A stretch of DNA of 64,000 nucleotides from Azolla caroliniana (lineage: Eukaryota; Plantae; Polypodiophyta). The position numbers were made by a program, and so were the translations under genes. The notes beneath the pieces are model-generated. The model was given only the letters and a program-made list of their open reading frames with translations, did no database searches and was not told the DNA's origin. Below, piece after piece: positions 51,785 to 64,000 of the stretch; the first letter of the stretch is position 1; the number at the start of each line of letters is the position of its first letter. Location: positions 10,230,001-10,294,000 of the forward strand of contig JBHGNT010000020.1 of assembly GCA_043228905.1 (NCBI GenBank), written 5' to 3'.

Positions 51785-53034
51785 TTTTCTTAAATTTTTC
51801 TTTCTTGCAAGTCCAAAAAGAAAAGCTTTACACTCTCATTGATTTGGCTAGCTAGCTGAGATTGGCTCTGGGTTAACTCTGGCTTTTTTTCCTTCCATGG
51901 TTTTTGACCTATGAAGAAGAAGAAGAAGAAGAAGATAATGCTCTCCTTCATAGGTGTTTGATAAAACAGTAGTGCTTCATTATCTTCCTCCATCGGAAAA
52001 AAAAAACTAATGGGTTAAGTGTGAAAGAAATGCTTCATCATCTACCAAAAACTAACAAGGTTGGTTCCTATGATTTTTCGAACACCACTTATACTCTCCA
52101 TTGGATGAGACTTTCGAACACCCAATGATTTTTGTTGCTTCAGTGAAGGATATATCCTTTCTTGTCACAAGTTCATAAAATATGAGCATCATCATTGCAT
52201 GTTTTCTGTGAAAAAGTTGGGCCTGAGTAGTGGGGAATAAAAGGAGACCTTTGATACAATCAATTTGTTGTACAGTTTGGTCATGATAATTACTTATTCG
52301 AGATGAATCACGTGTGTGTTGTGTGAGGATGCATTTGTCGCATGTAATTTATTTATACCCAACATACCAATGACATTCTTTGAGCCATTTTGAAATTATT
52401 ATGACACATTGTAGTCATTACAAACTTAATTACAGACTTTATTTGATTAGTTATCTAACATAATACAGAAGCATACACAAGACACCAAGATAAAGACAAG
52501 ATGCTCAATTCGGATTTTTCAGAGTATTGGGATAGCAATGGTTAGCAAAATGCTGATATAGCTTTGAAAAAGAGATTCCTATGAATAAGACAAGAAGTTA
52601 TATCTGTTAAGATCTTAACTTCATGGGATCGTACATGTGATCCATCCAAATAACAAATTGAAACTACCTAAATCCTTTCATTGAATATTTACATATTGAA
52701 CGTATATGTGGTCAGATATTAACAATAACTGTTAATATCTTATTCATCTAATTCCTGATCTTAACAAGCAGACAAAGTTTCATGTGAGGTAATTGAATGG
52801 TTCAAACATATGATTCGCTATTAACAATTCCCCCTCTTTCCTTAAATCGATTCTTTGGCAAACCTTCATCAAAACGGTATGTCAATGTATTACTCGATGA
52901 CACTCCCATCTGGAGCCGTGAATATGTTTTGAAGAGCATCTCTTTCTCCATTATGTAAATATACTGGCAAGGTACAAGTGTCAAATGGAATATTATAATT
53001 CATATATGTTACAATTTTCAGTCTTTGGCCTACG

Positions 53035-53345
53035 TACGACATTGGCCATATAGTAATCCTTGTAATTTCTTCAAGTTGGAGCTCGGAACTTCATTTATCC
53101 TGATGACATAGAAAACATTCAGATGTAATGATAAAGGAATTTAAACACTTTGACCAATGTACTAATGTTCGTTTCCTCGATCATCCAGTAAATTTTATGA
53201 TCATTCAGCCTTCATACTCCATTGGCCACATCGCGATACATCTGATTTCTTCAAGTTGGAGCATGGAACTGCATTTATACTGATGACGTAGAAAACGTTC
53301 AGATGTAATGATAAAGGAATTTAAACACTTTGACCAATGTATCAA
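53035..53345. repeat. Direct duplication (180-bp spacing); each unit bounded by a short inverted repeat
   Basis: cattggcca...ttcaagttggagc...tgatgac.tagaaaac.ttcagatgtaatgataaaggaatttaaacactttgaccaatgt at ~53040 and ~53220. Confidence 0.75.
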
Positions 53346-53361
53346 TGTCAATATTCCTCAA

Positions 53362-56300
53362 TCATCTGGTAAATTTCGTGATCATCCCTTGTATCCCACA
53401 CTTCAAACTGTCGATAACTGAATTATTATATACCGATGGTTTATAGCAAAAGCCCAATGTGCCTGCTTGCTGAAATAGTTCTGATGCTTTTTGATATTGC
53501 CTTTTGCCAATAAACGCAGAAAGCACAGAGATAAATGTCTTCTCAGGCGGTATGTGGCCTTTTTCCATCATTTGTGAACAAAGAAAGCTTGCAGTGGTTA
53601 TAGAACCTGCATGCACAAAAGAAGAAGAAGAAGAAGAAGAAGAGAGGCTTAAGTTCATACAAACTTCAAAATAACTTGTTTGTAAAACACTTCATAACAA
53701 GATTAACAAGTTAACCAATCAAACGCTACTCATTTCCAATGCACTTCATGATGAGCTTAACAAGTTGAGCAATCAAACATTTCCATTACCCTTTTTAACA
53801 CACTTGACAATAAGGTTGTTATAGCTTTCAAGGTCGCATTGCATTAAGCATTGGGATAGAGATGCCACATCCTCTGTTCTACCAAAGGAATCGTATATGT
53901 TGAGCATCACAACCATCGCTGTAGCATCCGGACGATTCAAACCATTATACAATAATTCTGCCTCAGAAAACCTCCCTTCTTTTCCATAAGCCTGGATTAG
54001 CATTGTTTTGATATACGTAGTTGGGGTCAATCCCGAATCATTTTGCATCTTGGTATAATAGAGTTCAGCTTGTGGAATCATGCCAAGGCTACAAAAAAGG
54101 TCAATAATTGCACCATAAAGCTTCTCATCAGGTCTCAAACCATCAGATTCCAAAACTGATAGCAATGCTTTACTACCTTCAATGATGGATAGCTTCTTAT
54201 ACAAACTGAACATGCATGTGTATGCAGCTGTATCTGCAAACCCTTTCGCGTGCATCACTTGGAAGACCGACTCAGCATGAGATAGTTTTTGTTGCTTCAC
54301 ACAACATTGTAACACAATAATCCAGGCATATCTTGACATGGTAAAGCCCCGAGATTTCATCTCATCAAACAGCTCTAACACTTGAGCATAACTACATGCT
54401 TTCATCCTTACAGTTGCCATTATGATAAACACTCTATCAGTGACCACAAGCCCAGCTTCATCCATCTCTTTAAAAGCACGTTCGGCATCTTCATAGAGAC
54501 CCAACTGGCCATAAATAGAAATTATCGTACCATAGATCACTTCATCCATCAGACATCCCTGTCTTTGCATTTCAGAGAAAAACCTCATTGCTAGCTCGTA
54601 ATTTCTAGCTTTGCAAAAGAAGTGAACCAAATATGTATATGTATATTTACCTATGATCAAGCCTTGCATCTTCATCTTTTCATATGTATCTAGCATCAAA
54701 TCCTGTCTTCCTAATTTTCCCATCATAGTGATCACCATGTTGTAGAGAATCCCATCAGGGAGATGGCCGAACGACATCATCTCTTCAAAGACATGGATGG
54801 CCTCTTCAAACTTGTTCATCTTTCGATAAACATTGATCACCACCCCATAAGTGTAATCATTCGCTTTCGCTTTCGAGTCACGAAGGTCGTTCCAAACATC
54901 AATCGCCTTTATGTAAAGGCCTTTCTTGTACAAGGAAGAAAGCATGAAATTATATACCACAATGGGTGGGATGAGTCCTTGCATCCTCATCATCTCGTAA
55001 AACTCCAGCATAAAAGTTATGTGGCCTGATTTTCCAAATATACAGATCAAGCTACATATTACAACTTCATCCGGTTCACAACCTACACCCAACATCTCTT
55101 TATAAAGGCTTTGAACAATATCAAATTGTTTCTCTCGTCCGCATATCCTCAATAGGATTGTGTAAGGAATGACACTCGGCACATAACGACCCTGCACATT
55201 AATGTATAAGCTTGTTTTTTTCAAACATTCTGTTATGTATGGAAAAAAATAAACTTTTTGAAACCACTAAACAATCAGAAGCAAAATATCCCCATTCTTA
55301 GTTTTCCTATGTAGAAAGTCAATCTAAACAAAAAGAATAAATGATCCTTACCAAGGAAAACAATCAAGTTTTATGAATTCTGGGTCAAACAGAGGACTTG
55401 GAAGTTAGGGCAGCAGAAGGTTGTAATGTAAATTACATTTAAGTTGACCAAAAGATGGTATGCTGTCTAAGAAAAATCGAGTTTCATAAAGATCATAAAC
55501 AGTGCTCCTTCATAGAAAGTTCTTGAAGCTTCCATCAAAAGAGAAAAGAGAGCTTTAAGTATATATCATTTTTCCCGTTTGCACTTGACCTTGGGTTTCG
55601 TTCATTGAGTTCCAATCCTTGCGTCGTGACTCTCGACAGTAATTCAAATTAGATGTATACACATGCACAACCATTGTCATTTCCCTCTGAAAAGATTTTC
55701 GCAGTTCAATAGATTGATTCAGACTAATTGTCCGGCATAACAAGACATTACGTGCTAAAGCATTGCCTTTACTACATCACCACATAAGAGACGTTAGAAG
55801 TATTACCAATTATTAGTCATAGATTCACAAGCTTACATTTTCGAACTTTCTAAAGTTGAAGCAGTAAGTCTCGTGACTAATGGAAGGTTGTGAATTTGAA
55901 TCTCGAGCAATAGGTTTGATGTTACCCTAATCTTTTTAAAACCCTTCATAAGTTTAAGTTTGAAATCATGCATAATCACAGGTTTCCACAAAATAAGTGA
56001 TAGCATTGTCCTTAAAGAAGGGAGACTTCCAACCACCTATCTATAGCTAGCTGGATCTATCCAGTTAGACATAACCAGAAAGAAAAACATGAGCACGCAA
56101 TACAGATATTAACTGGCATAGATTCCACTTTCATTTAGCCAAAGGAAAAAAAAAAACTGAACAAGTGGAACTAATTAACTAATATACTTTCTACTTATAA
56201 CTTATAGAACAAAATAGAACTTATAATTACCTATTTATAGCTAGATCTAGCCCCAACTAGCAATAACCAGAAAAAAACCTAACCAATAGGTAAGAAGATT

Positions 56301-57274
56301 AACTAACGTACCTGCCACTTCCATTAAGGCAAAGACAATTCGACCTTATAATCAACCATCTAAAGATAGACAATCTACCCTGTTAGTGATAACTGAAGGG
56401 AAAAGAAAATCCTGAAAAGAGGGTACCGATATTTAACTAACACCGACTATGTGCAAATTAGGCAAGAACTACCTATATCTATATCTATATAAGCAACAAA
56501 ATTTATCCTGATTAGTAATAATCTAAGGAAGGAAGGAAAAAACAAAAGAAAAAACTGGACAAAGGTAATGAGATAAACTAAATAACAAAAGACAAGAAAA
56601 GAATCCAAGTTAGAGGGGGCACCCAATAAACATACCTGCCTCTTCATCCACTGAAAGAAATCGTATGCTTGAACCCAATTCCTCTGTTCCTTGAGAATGA
56701 TACACATCTCTTTGAAAGAGAGGCGACCGACCCAAGGATTCATAACGAGACTAAAGTCATATGAGCTCCGGGACTTTGAAGCCAGTTTGCGAATGGTATG
56801 TATGGCCGAATCGACATGTTTCGCATATTGGTAATCGATCCGACCATTCTCTAAGAATTGAGCCATTTGGGAAGGAGACCTTTTGATCCATTTATAGCCT
56901 TTTGCGTTAGGGTTATTCTTTCTTAGTTGGCTTTCCCAAGCTATCCTCTCTTTGATGACCCTTCTAGCTCCATCATCAGTTAGAGGCCATCTCTTATTAG
57001 AGACTCTCTGCCTAGATGAAAGATCACTGAGCTTCCTGTGCTCTCTTTGAGCTTGGCATGTTATAATCCCTTGAAGGAACATGCCATGATAAGGGAGGGA
57101 TGGAGAAACCGAGGTTCTTCTCCATATTCCCTTTCTTCTTCTTCTTCTTCCTCCTCCTCCTATTCTGATGCTTCTTCTTGTAGTGGTAGTGGTGTTGTTA
57201 GTGTTGCTTTTCTGTTGAGGAAGTGAGAGTGATAAGCTATGGCCGAAGAAGTTACAGAAGCCGAAGCTAGACAT
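53362..57274 (-). CDS. P-class plastid PPR protein, EMB976/At5g27270-like, ~761 aa; exons 57274-56636, 55191-53790, 53606-53362
   Basis: Transit-peptide-like N-terminus, then LTDDGARRVIK...KWIKRSPSQMAQFLE...LSFKEMCIILKEQRNWVQAYDFFQWMKRQ|GRYVPSVIPYTILLR...EMLGVGCEPDEV, matching the EMB976 N-terminus as I recall it. Tandem P motifs follow. Confidence 0.85.
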
Positions 57275-57578
57275 TAGGGGAGGGAAGAAAAATGCCCATT
57301 AATCCAAAATCACAGCATATCCATCCATTTGAGGGGGAGGAGAAGGAGAAGGAGAAGGAGAGATTTAACTTTTAGAGACTATCTCAAGACTATGTACATA
57401 TATGAAGAAGGAAACTATGTACATATGTATAAAGACTATATGTATTTAGAGTCTATACAATTGTATCATTTTTCTTGTGCTCCTTCAAGAGTCTCTCTTC
57501 TAGCACATTGTCTCCATTCCTAGTGCGGCTCTCGCGATCCCCGGCTAAAATGACCCACCTCCTTCTTCGGGACACACC

Positions 57579-57632
<54 letters not shown>

Positions 57633-57636
<4 letters not shown>

Positions 57637-60600
57637 TGAAAACACACAATTATATTAATAAATGTGTGTAAAAAACACTACTTACAATGGTTGTGACCAT
57701 GAAGTATGGTCACCCAATCCCCAATATCTCAAAAATAGAAAAACAATCTCCATCTCTGACTTTGGGTCCACCTGTGTAAATTGTGCAAACACCCACTGTC
57801 TAGGTGTCAAATAGCACCGTGATAAAACTTGCCAAATTTGAGAAATGTAACTCCAAATCTGAGAAGCAATCGGGCATTGTATAAATCGATGAGTACTATC
57901 TTTCATTTGAACAGTGCAGAAAAAAGCAATTACTCGTTGCTAGTCCACGACACTTTAGAGCTAATCCCAAAGGCAATCCTCCAATCAAAACTCTCCAAAT
58001 GAAGACCTTTGCTACAAGTGGCAATTTAGAATGCCAACTACGTTGTAAGATTTGCCACCACCCATGATCAGATTTGTGTAATCTCCATTCTTCTTCAGCC
58101 TTAGATGATAACCATCCAAGAGACTCAACAGAGCAATGATACAAAATATTAGTAGTCACTTGTAACAACGATGTTTGACCCTTTAAACACCAATCAATCC
58201 ACGGTTGTTCTCCTGTTTTAGAGGGAAGGGACCTTGCATCACTGGAATATTTCGTAGTTGTTGCCAAATAAACCCATAATTAGGCGGAATGCGTAATAAT
58301 TGTCGTGCTTCAACAAACTCCAAAATTCTTTGAGATGAAGCCTTAACTATATCTCCCACCTCTTTGACCCCCAAACGAAACAAACGATTAAATTGAGAGC
58401 GTAATCTCTCCTTTCCTGGCCAACATAATAACCGAGAAGACACGAGTAACTCTTTTTGCAAAGAATTACAGTGCTCTCTACTAGATGATGGTTTCCATAC
58501 ACATAACAAGAGTGCTTCTTGCCATGAGGTAACCAAGTATTGAACACATGTAGAGCCCTGAATCCTAAGTGAAATACATCCATTTAGTAATTGCCACCAT
58601 GAAGCCTTAATTGTTGTCCTCCCATGTGTTAAACCCTTGTTCTCAATGAAATATTGAATAATAGATATCCATGTTTGTGAGATTGAACACATGTCTTGTA
58701 ATAATGAAAATCTATGACCCATCATATGCTTAGATAAATTCAATACTCCAGCTCCCCCCAAGCGCTTCGGAGTTGCTAGATGATTCCATGCAACCCAAGT
58801 GATTCCCATCTTATCCATTTTCTTCCACAACAAATATCGAAGAGGTTGCAAAATAGAATGCAAAGCTTTCTTTGTCCACGACAACAATGGCAAGTAATAT
58901 AATATCATAGGTTCCATAATACATTGTACAACCTTCAAACGTACATGAAATGACCAAGATTGTGATTTCCAATACATGAACTTATCCCTCAACTTACTAG
59001 ACATCCATTCAATCAATTGACCATTTGTAACACTCATTCCTAATGGATAGCCCAAGTGTTGAAAAATAGAGCCTTTCTTCACCACGGATCCTTGCCATCC
59101 TAAACATTCCAAATCCCTTTCAGTACACTAAACTTCCTCCAATTAATATGTAATCCGGAAGCCAATGCAAATTGGTTTCATACAAGCATCCCCTTCTCAA
59201 GATTCTCTCGTGAGGCTTGTAGAAACATGAAAGAATCATCAACCAAAGCTTGTGCAACTAGTTGCCCTCCAGACGGAAGGTGTAGACCCACAATATCACC
59301 ATTTGTTGCAAGCCTTGATAGCATCACTAACAAGGGATGAGTAACAATAGCAAACAACAACGGGCTAATAGGGCATCCTTGATGAATGGATCTTATAAGG
59401 GCAATATCTGATGTAACTCCTCCATTAAGCATGACTCGAGACACCGCATCTTGTCCTAATAAAAATATGAGGCGAGACATCGAGGTTCAAAGCCCATTGT
59501 ATGCATTAACCCAGAAACAAAGGACCAATTAACATGATCAAAAGCTTTCTCCAAATCTAATTGCACCATAATCAATTCTCGATGAGTGTTTCGAGCATAA
59601 TCCATGGCCATTTGAACATTTAAGACATTATGCAATATATTCCTACCTGCAATAAAACCATATTGGGCTGGATGTATCAACTTTGACAAATACTTTTGTA
59701 ATCTACTTGCTAATACCTTTGTAAATATCTTATACAACCCCCCCCCCATCAAAGAAATATGTCTCCATTGATGAAATGACTATGAAGATGCCACCTTTGG
59801 AACTAATTTAATTAGACCAACCTTCCAAGCTTGAGCCATACGACCAGAATCCCAAGAATGTTGAAACATCAAAGTTAAGGGCCCCTTTAAAATGTGTGAA
59901 TATCGCTTAAAAACTTCATTTGTCAAGCCATCCCAACCAGGGCTCTTACCACTAGGAAGATGCCTTAAAACTGTGTCCACCTCATCCTTAATGAAATCCG
60001 CATCCAATTCATGACTAATGAGGTCATGCACAATACATCCAACCACATCATAAAACTCATGACGTGCTCTACTCACCTCATTTGTCATTAACAATTGTGG
60101 GCCAATCAACTCCTTAAAGTAATGAACACATATGTCAATTATTTTAGTAGGATCCACTATCCATTCATCACCTTGCTTCACATGTACCACATTAGATCGA
60201 GTATAAGTAGGATGTAACGCTTGGAAAAACAAATGGGATTGACATTGATTATCTATGAGCCCATCCCTCAATTGTCGCATCTTCGCATAACGATAACTTT
60301 GGCATTGCAACTACGAAATAATAACATGCAATTGACTTTGGATATCCAAAAGCTCCTCATCTAAAGGTGCACGTATCAATAATGCATTACACCTAGAGAG
60401 AACTTGCGAGAATTTTAGAAGGAGACCTCTTCTTCGTTGAGCATTAGTTACTCCATACATACAATGAACGATCTTAATATTTCGTAATGTGATATCCCAT
60501 GCTTTAACTCCTTTAAGATTCACTTCTTGTGAAAAATTTACCAAATTTTGCTCCATGAGAGAATTAAAGTGAGGTTGAAGCAAAAGAGAAGAGTTAAAGC

Positions 60601-60916
60601 GTAATGGAGGCTTTCCAAGTAAGGATTTATACATGTCAATTGCATGACCACAAATCTCCAAACAAATAGGAAAGTGATATGAAGTTCCTACATCTTGTAA
60701 AACTGTCATACAAAGTGATGTCGGTAAAAAATAATCATTGTGCATCACATACATTCTATCTAACCGACTCCATGTTTGTCTATGTTGAGCGGATTGGAAA
60801 GTAAAACCTGGATCATTCCCATGCAACCATGTCCAAACATCCAACTTCAAAAACTCCATAGCCAATGAATCCCAAACAAGTTGCTCAGGATCATCCATGA
60901 TTGAATGTTCAGACGT

Positions 60917-60918
<2 letters not shown>
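57633..60918 (-). mobile_element. L1-type LINE, 5'-truncated, degenerate ORF2 (end of endonuclease, RT, zf-RVT), flanked on both sides by (TC)n
   Basis: SRLDRMY, GKSPGWDGLT, QYGFIAGR, LDLEKAFDHV, QGCPISPLLF, LVDDS, HLGYPL, LATPKRLGGAG; stops and frameshifts. (TC)n tracts at 57583-57632 and 60919-60960. Confidence 0.93.
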
Positions 60919-60962
<44 letters not shown>

Positions 60963-61087
60963 TGTCGAGGCGAGGCGAGGCACGATCCAATCGAATCACA
61001 ACTCTGTTAATGCACCAAACAGCCAAGCGAGATGAATCTCCAATGGATATCATGAAGTCGAACGATTGTTCTGATCCCCCTACGACA

Positions 61088-61108
61088 AACCCTAAACCTT
61101 AAACCCTC
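61088..61108. promoter_or_regulatory. Telo-box cluster
   Basis: aaaccctaaaccttaaaccct. Confidence 0.4.
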
Positions 61109-61899
61109 GGCCTCAAAGTTCCATCCCTTTGATGACATCTCATCTTACCTACACATACATAATTGATTGCATCGAATACAGTAGACGATCATTCGCTACT
61201 TTAACGTCGGAATAATGTGAACAATCGAGTTGCTTGTTACTTGAGCCACTAAATGTTTGAAGATGGCCAAAAAAATTGCAAGTGTTTGGTCAAAAAATGA
61301 TTGATGTGTCGGGACTCAGTATTAAAGCACTCGCAAAAAAGCATGACACTCTCCCAACCATCCAAGGCCTAAAGTATGATTGATTTTGAGGGCACTGTAT
61401 TTTTCAAGGGGATAAATGTACCAATATATAGACACTTGCCACTCTAGAGTGTCTAAAATATTTGACTAGGCATGTTGACCTACCACTATGTATCCTCCAA
61501 TCTCCAAGTCCTATCAGGACAACAACTACAAACAAAGACAATTAATATATTCCAGGGTTACCCTAGAATGTGTATCTTTGGGACTAGGAATGTAAGGACT
61601 CCTTGAGCAACATTCTCATTGAAGGATTGTGCTCAAACCTCGTACTTATGCTTCTCACATTGCTCTATACAATTAGCTAGGTCATGACATAAGAATGTAA
61701 ACTCACTTATCTATATTGGGATTGCTACTTATCACAAGGGTAAAGTGGGAATCGATTATGACAATAGACTAATTAAACAACACCTTAATTTGACAGACAA
61801 GGTGTGATGGATGTTCAACTAATATACATCTTTTGACACCAACCATTGGAATTCATCGACAAAGTTTCGATCATATTGCAGGGATTTCTAAAGGTGGTA

Positions 61900-62140
61900 T
61901 TTTGTTGAACATTGGAAATAGGGTTGAGGCGTGTTGTGGAGAAGCTGGCTAAGCAAAATGAGAGACGGAATGCTTAGTAATATATGTGGCATAGACTCCA
62001 TTGATAAAGGTCATTGGTGGTAATTCCTTGATTGATATGGATGTTAAATGTGGTTGTATGGTTGAAGCTACATGACTTTTCAAGAGTTTTCTACTTAAAT
62101 ATGGTGCAATATTCATTGTAATAGTGGACTGTTTTGTATA
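61900..62140 (+). pseudogene. PLS-PPR gene fragment
   Basis: GNSLIDMDVKCGCMVEA motif surrounded by stops and frameshifts. Confidence 0.5.
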
Positions 62141-63393
62141 TTGACTTCTTTAATACCAATGGAGGATATTTTTTTTGAAAAAAAAAAGCACCTTAATTCA
62201 ACAAGTATAGGTAGGTTTAAAGTATTACACTATCATAACAAGAAAACATAGATCAAAACAACGGTACACATTGTACAAAACTGCATGAAAGCATGCTATG
62301 CATAGAACTTTAAAATATTATTTAAGGGTTAATTCATAATATACCCCTAAATCCATTATAAATTATTATTTGTCATATATGTGAACTCGGTCATTTATAG
62401 GATTTGTTGGTTTCTTGCAAAAAACTATCCATAATGATTCTAAATTGACTAAGATTACTAATCTTTTACAAGGTTAGACATAAATTTGTTAAACAAAAAA
62501 CTTGAAAAGTTTCAAGTCATTTATTTGAAGTCATTGGTTTAACATGTTTGTCTTGCTCTTACATTCATTCCACCAAACTTGTCAAAACCCTTTGAGGTTT
62601 AAAATAACACCTTTGATTATGCCACTAGAGTTGCTCTTTGTGAAGATGGTAGACCTATTGCATTTTAAAGCAAAATTTTAGAATCTACTCAATATTGATA
62701 TGTAGTTCAAGAAAAATTTTGGTGGCGGCCATCTACACCATCTACACATTAAAAACTTGGAGACTTTACCTATATAGAAATTAGTTTGTCATTACAAACG
62801 ATGTTCGATCCTTGAAATATTTCTAAACTAGGGAGATATTGTTCTCTTAAGGAAGGCTTTTTGTAACATATTCCCAAATCATAGCCTCAATAATTTGATT
62901 AACTCATTTAGTTTGTCCATGAGATTGAGAATGATTGAAAGAACTCATGTTTAGTTTTTAGTTTTATGAAGACTTGCATCCAAAATTTGCTAGTAAACTT
63001 AGGATCTCTATCATTCACAACATCCATCAGCAACCTTAAAAGCAAAATAACCAGTCAACCAATTGGTGAGCCAAATCTTGACTTGTTACCTTGCCTTTTG
63101 TGGTTGTTTTAATCAACTTATGAATAGGTTTATTGTGGGTCTTATTTATCCAACCCCAGATAACTTCGTAGTTGCACAAAAACAATGCATTATCTTTTAA
63201 TGCTTGTCTTCTAATGATGGTCGTGGAGAGTTCTATGATTGTTTTCCAAATACCGACTTTGGCTGCAACCAACCTAAGAGGCATGATACCACGAACTCAC
63301 CCACAAGTCTCTCAGCATAAGGTGGAGTGACCAAAGGGGTATGTCCCATGAGAAGACATTTGATGTTTTGCAAGCAATGGTCATCATACAGAC

Positions 63394-63614
63394 TAGGAAT
63401 CAACAACGGTCCGGTTTCGACTTAACCGGTTTGGCCTAGTGCAAACCAAACCGATTAAGCCTCAACCAGTTTGGGAGCCGGTTTAACTCGGCTTGAGCCA
63501 CCGAAACTGAGGTTAAACCAGTTAAGGAAGTTGAAGCCTAAACTAAACCAAACCAAACTGCTAAACCATTTAACAGTTCAGTTTAGGCTTGAGTCAAGCC
63601 GGTGCCGATTCCTA
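63394..63614. mobile_element. hAT-type MITE
   Basis: TIRs TAGGAATCAACAACGG / CCGGTGCCGATTCCTA; 8-bp TSD atacagac / atacggac; aaccg motifs. Confidence 0.8.
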
Positions 63615-64000
63615 ATACGGACACAAATTTCCTTATTTAAACTAGGGTTGACATTATTATCAAGGTGGTATTTGGATAAGAAAAACAAAATAGGGGTTGA
63701 CTTGTTATTTGTGGTTACATCCAAAGAACTTGCAAGGGTATTACACTAGGAGATAACATTGGGCAAGATCTCAACATTCAGAACCAAGAGAAAGTGCACC
63801 TTATATACAAAAGAACTTTAGGATGTAGCTCAAGGAAAATTGACCCTCCCTCCTTAAAGCTAAATCTCCTTAAACTTCTTATTCCCATAATCCTTCACAC
63901 TAAGCCTACCATAACCTCTTCAATTTCATTTGATCCTTGTATCGTCATGAACTTGACTGGATGCATGAGTGCTAGTGGTTGAGGAATGCAAAGGTTGGTT

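Noticed and set aside
53099-53130. CTGATGA...GAAA as a hammerhead core
   Set aside because: Only about four nucleotides separate the motifs, so stem II cannot form, and stems I and III are absent.
62760-64000. Coding-like sequence around the last MITE
   Set aside because: Stops in the frames I read and no motif I can assign.

Overview
Eukaryotic land-plant nuclear DNA: AT-rich, with GT-AG introns, telo-boxes and many (GA)n/(CT)n microsatellites. The PLS-type PPR genes and transposon mix suggest a seed-free plant such as a fern, but this is inference. All protein genes lie on the minus strand: two PLS-class PPRs, an SDS22/ODA-LC1-type LRR gene with a disrupted 5' part, RPL32 (eL32), a class I-type formin with no transmembrane segment but with novel repeats, an endonuclease V with a single coding exon, and a P-class PPR resembling EMB976 (At5g27270). 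RNA genes are two identical tRNA-Phe(GAA) and a box C/D snoRNA (U38/snR61 type) in RPL32 intron 2. Mobile DNA includes three hAT-type MITEs with 8-bp TSDs, an internally deleted Copia, a Cys-rich transposase-like remnant and several LINE pieces, three of which abut (GA)n tracts in the same orientation. The most notable hidden signals are a degenerate minimal type I hammerhead ribozyme of the Penelope-like-element kind (19175-19229), the apparently (GA)n-targeting L1 family, and a palindromic 10-unit array behind tRNA-Phe. All coordinates were read by eye and no database searches were run.
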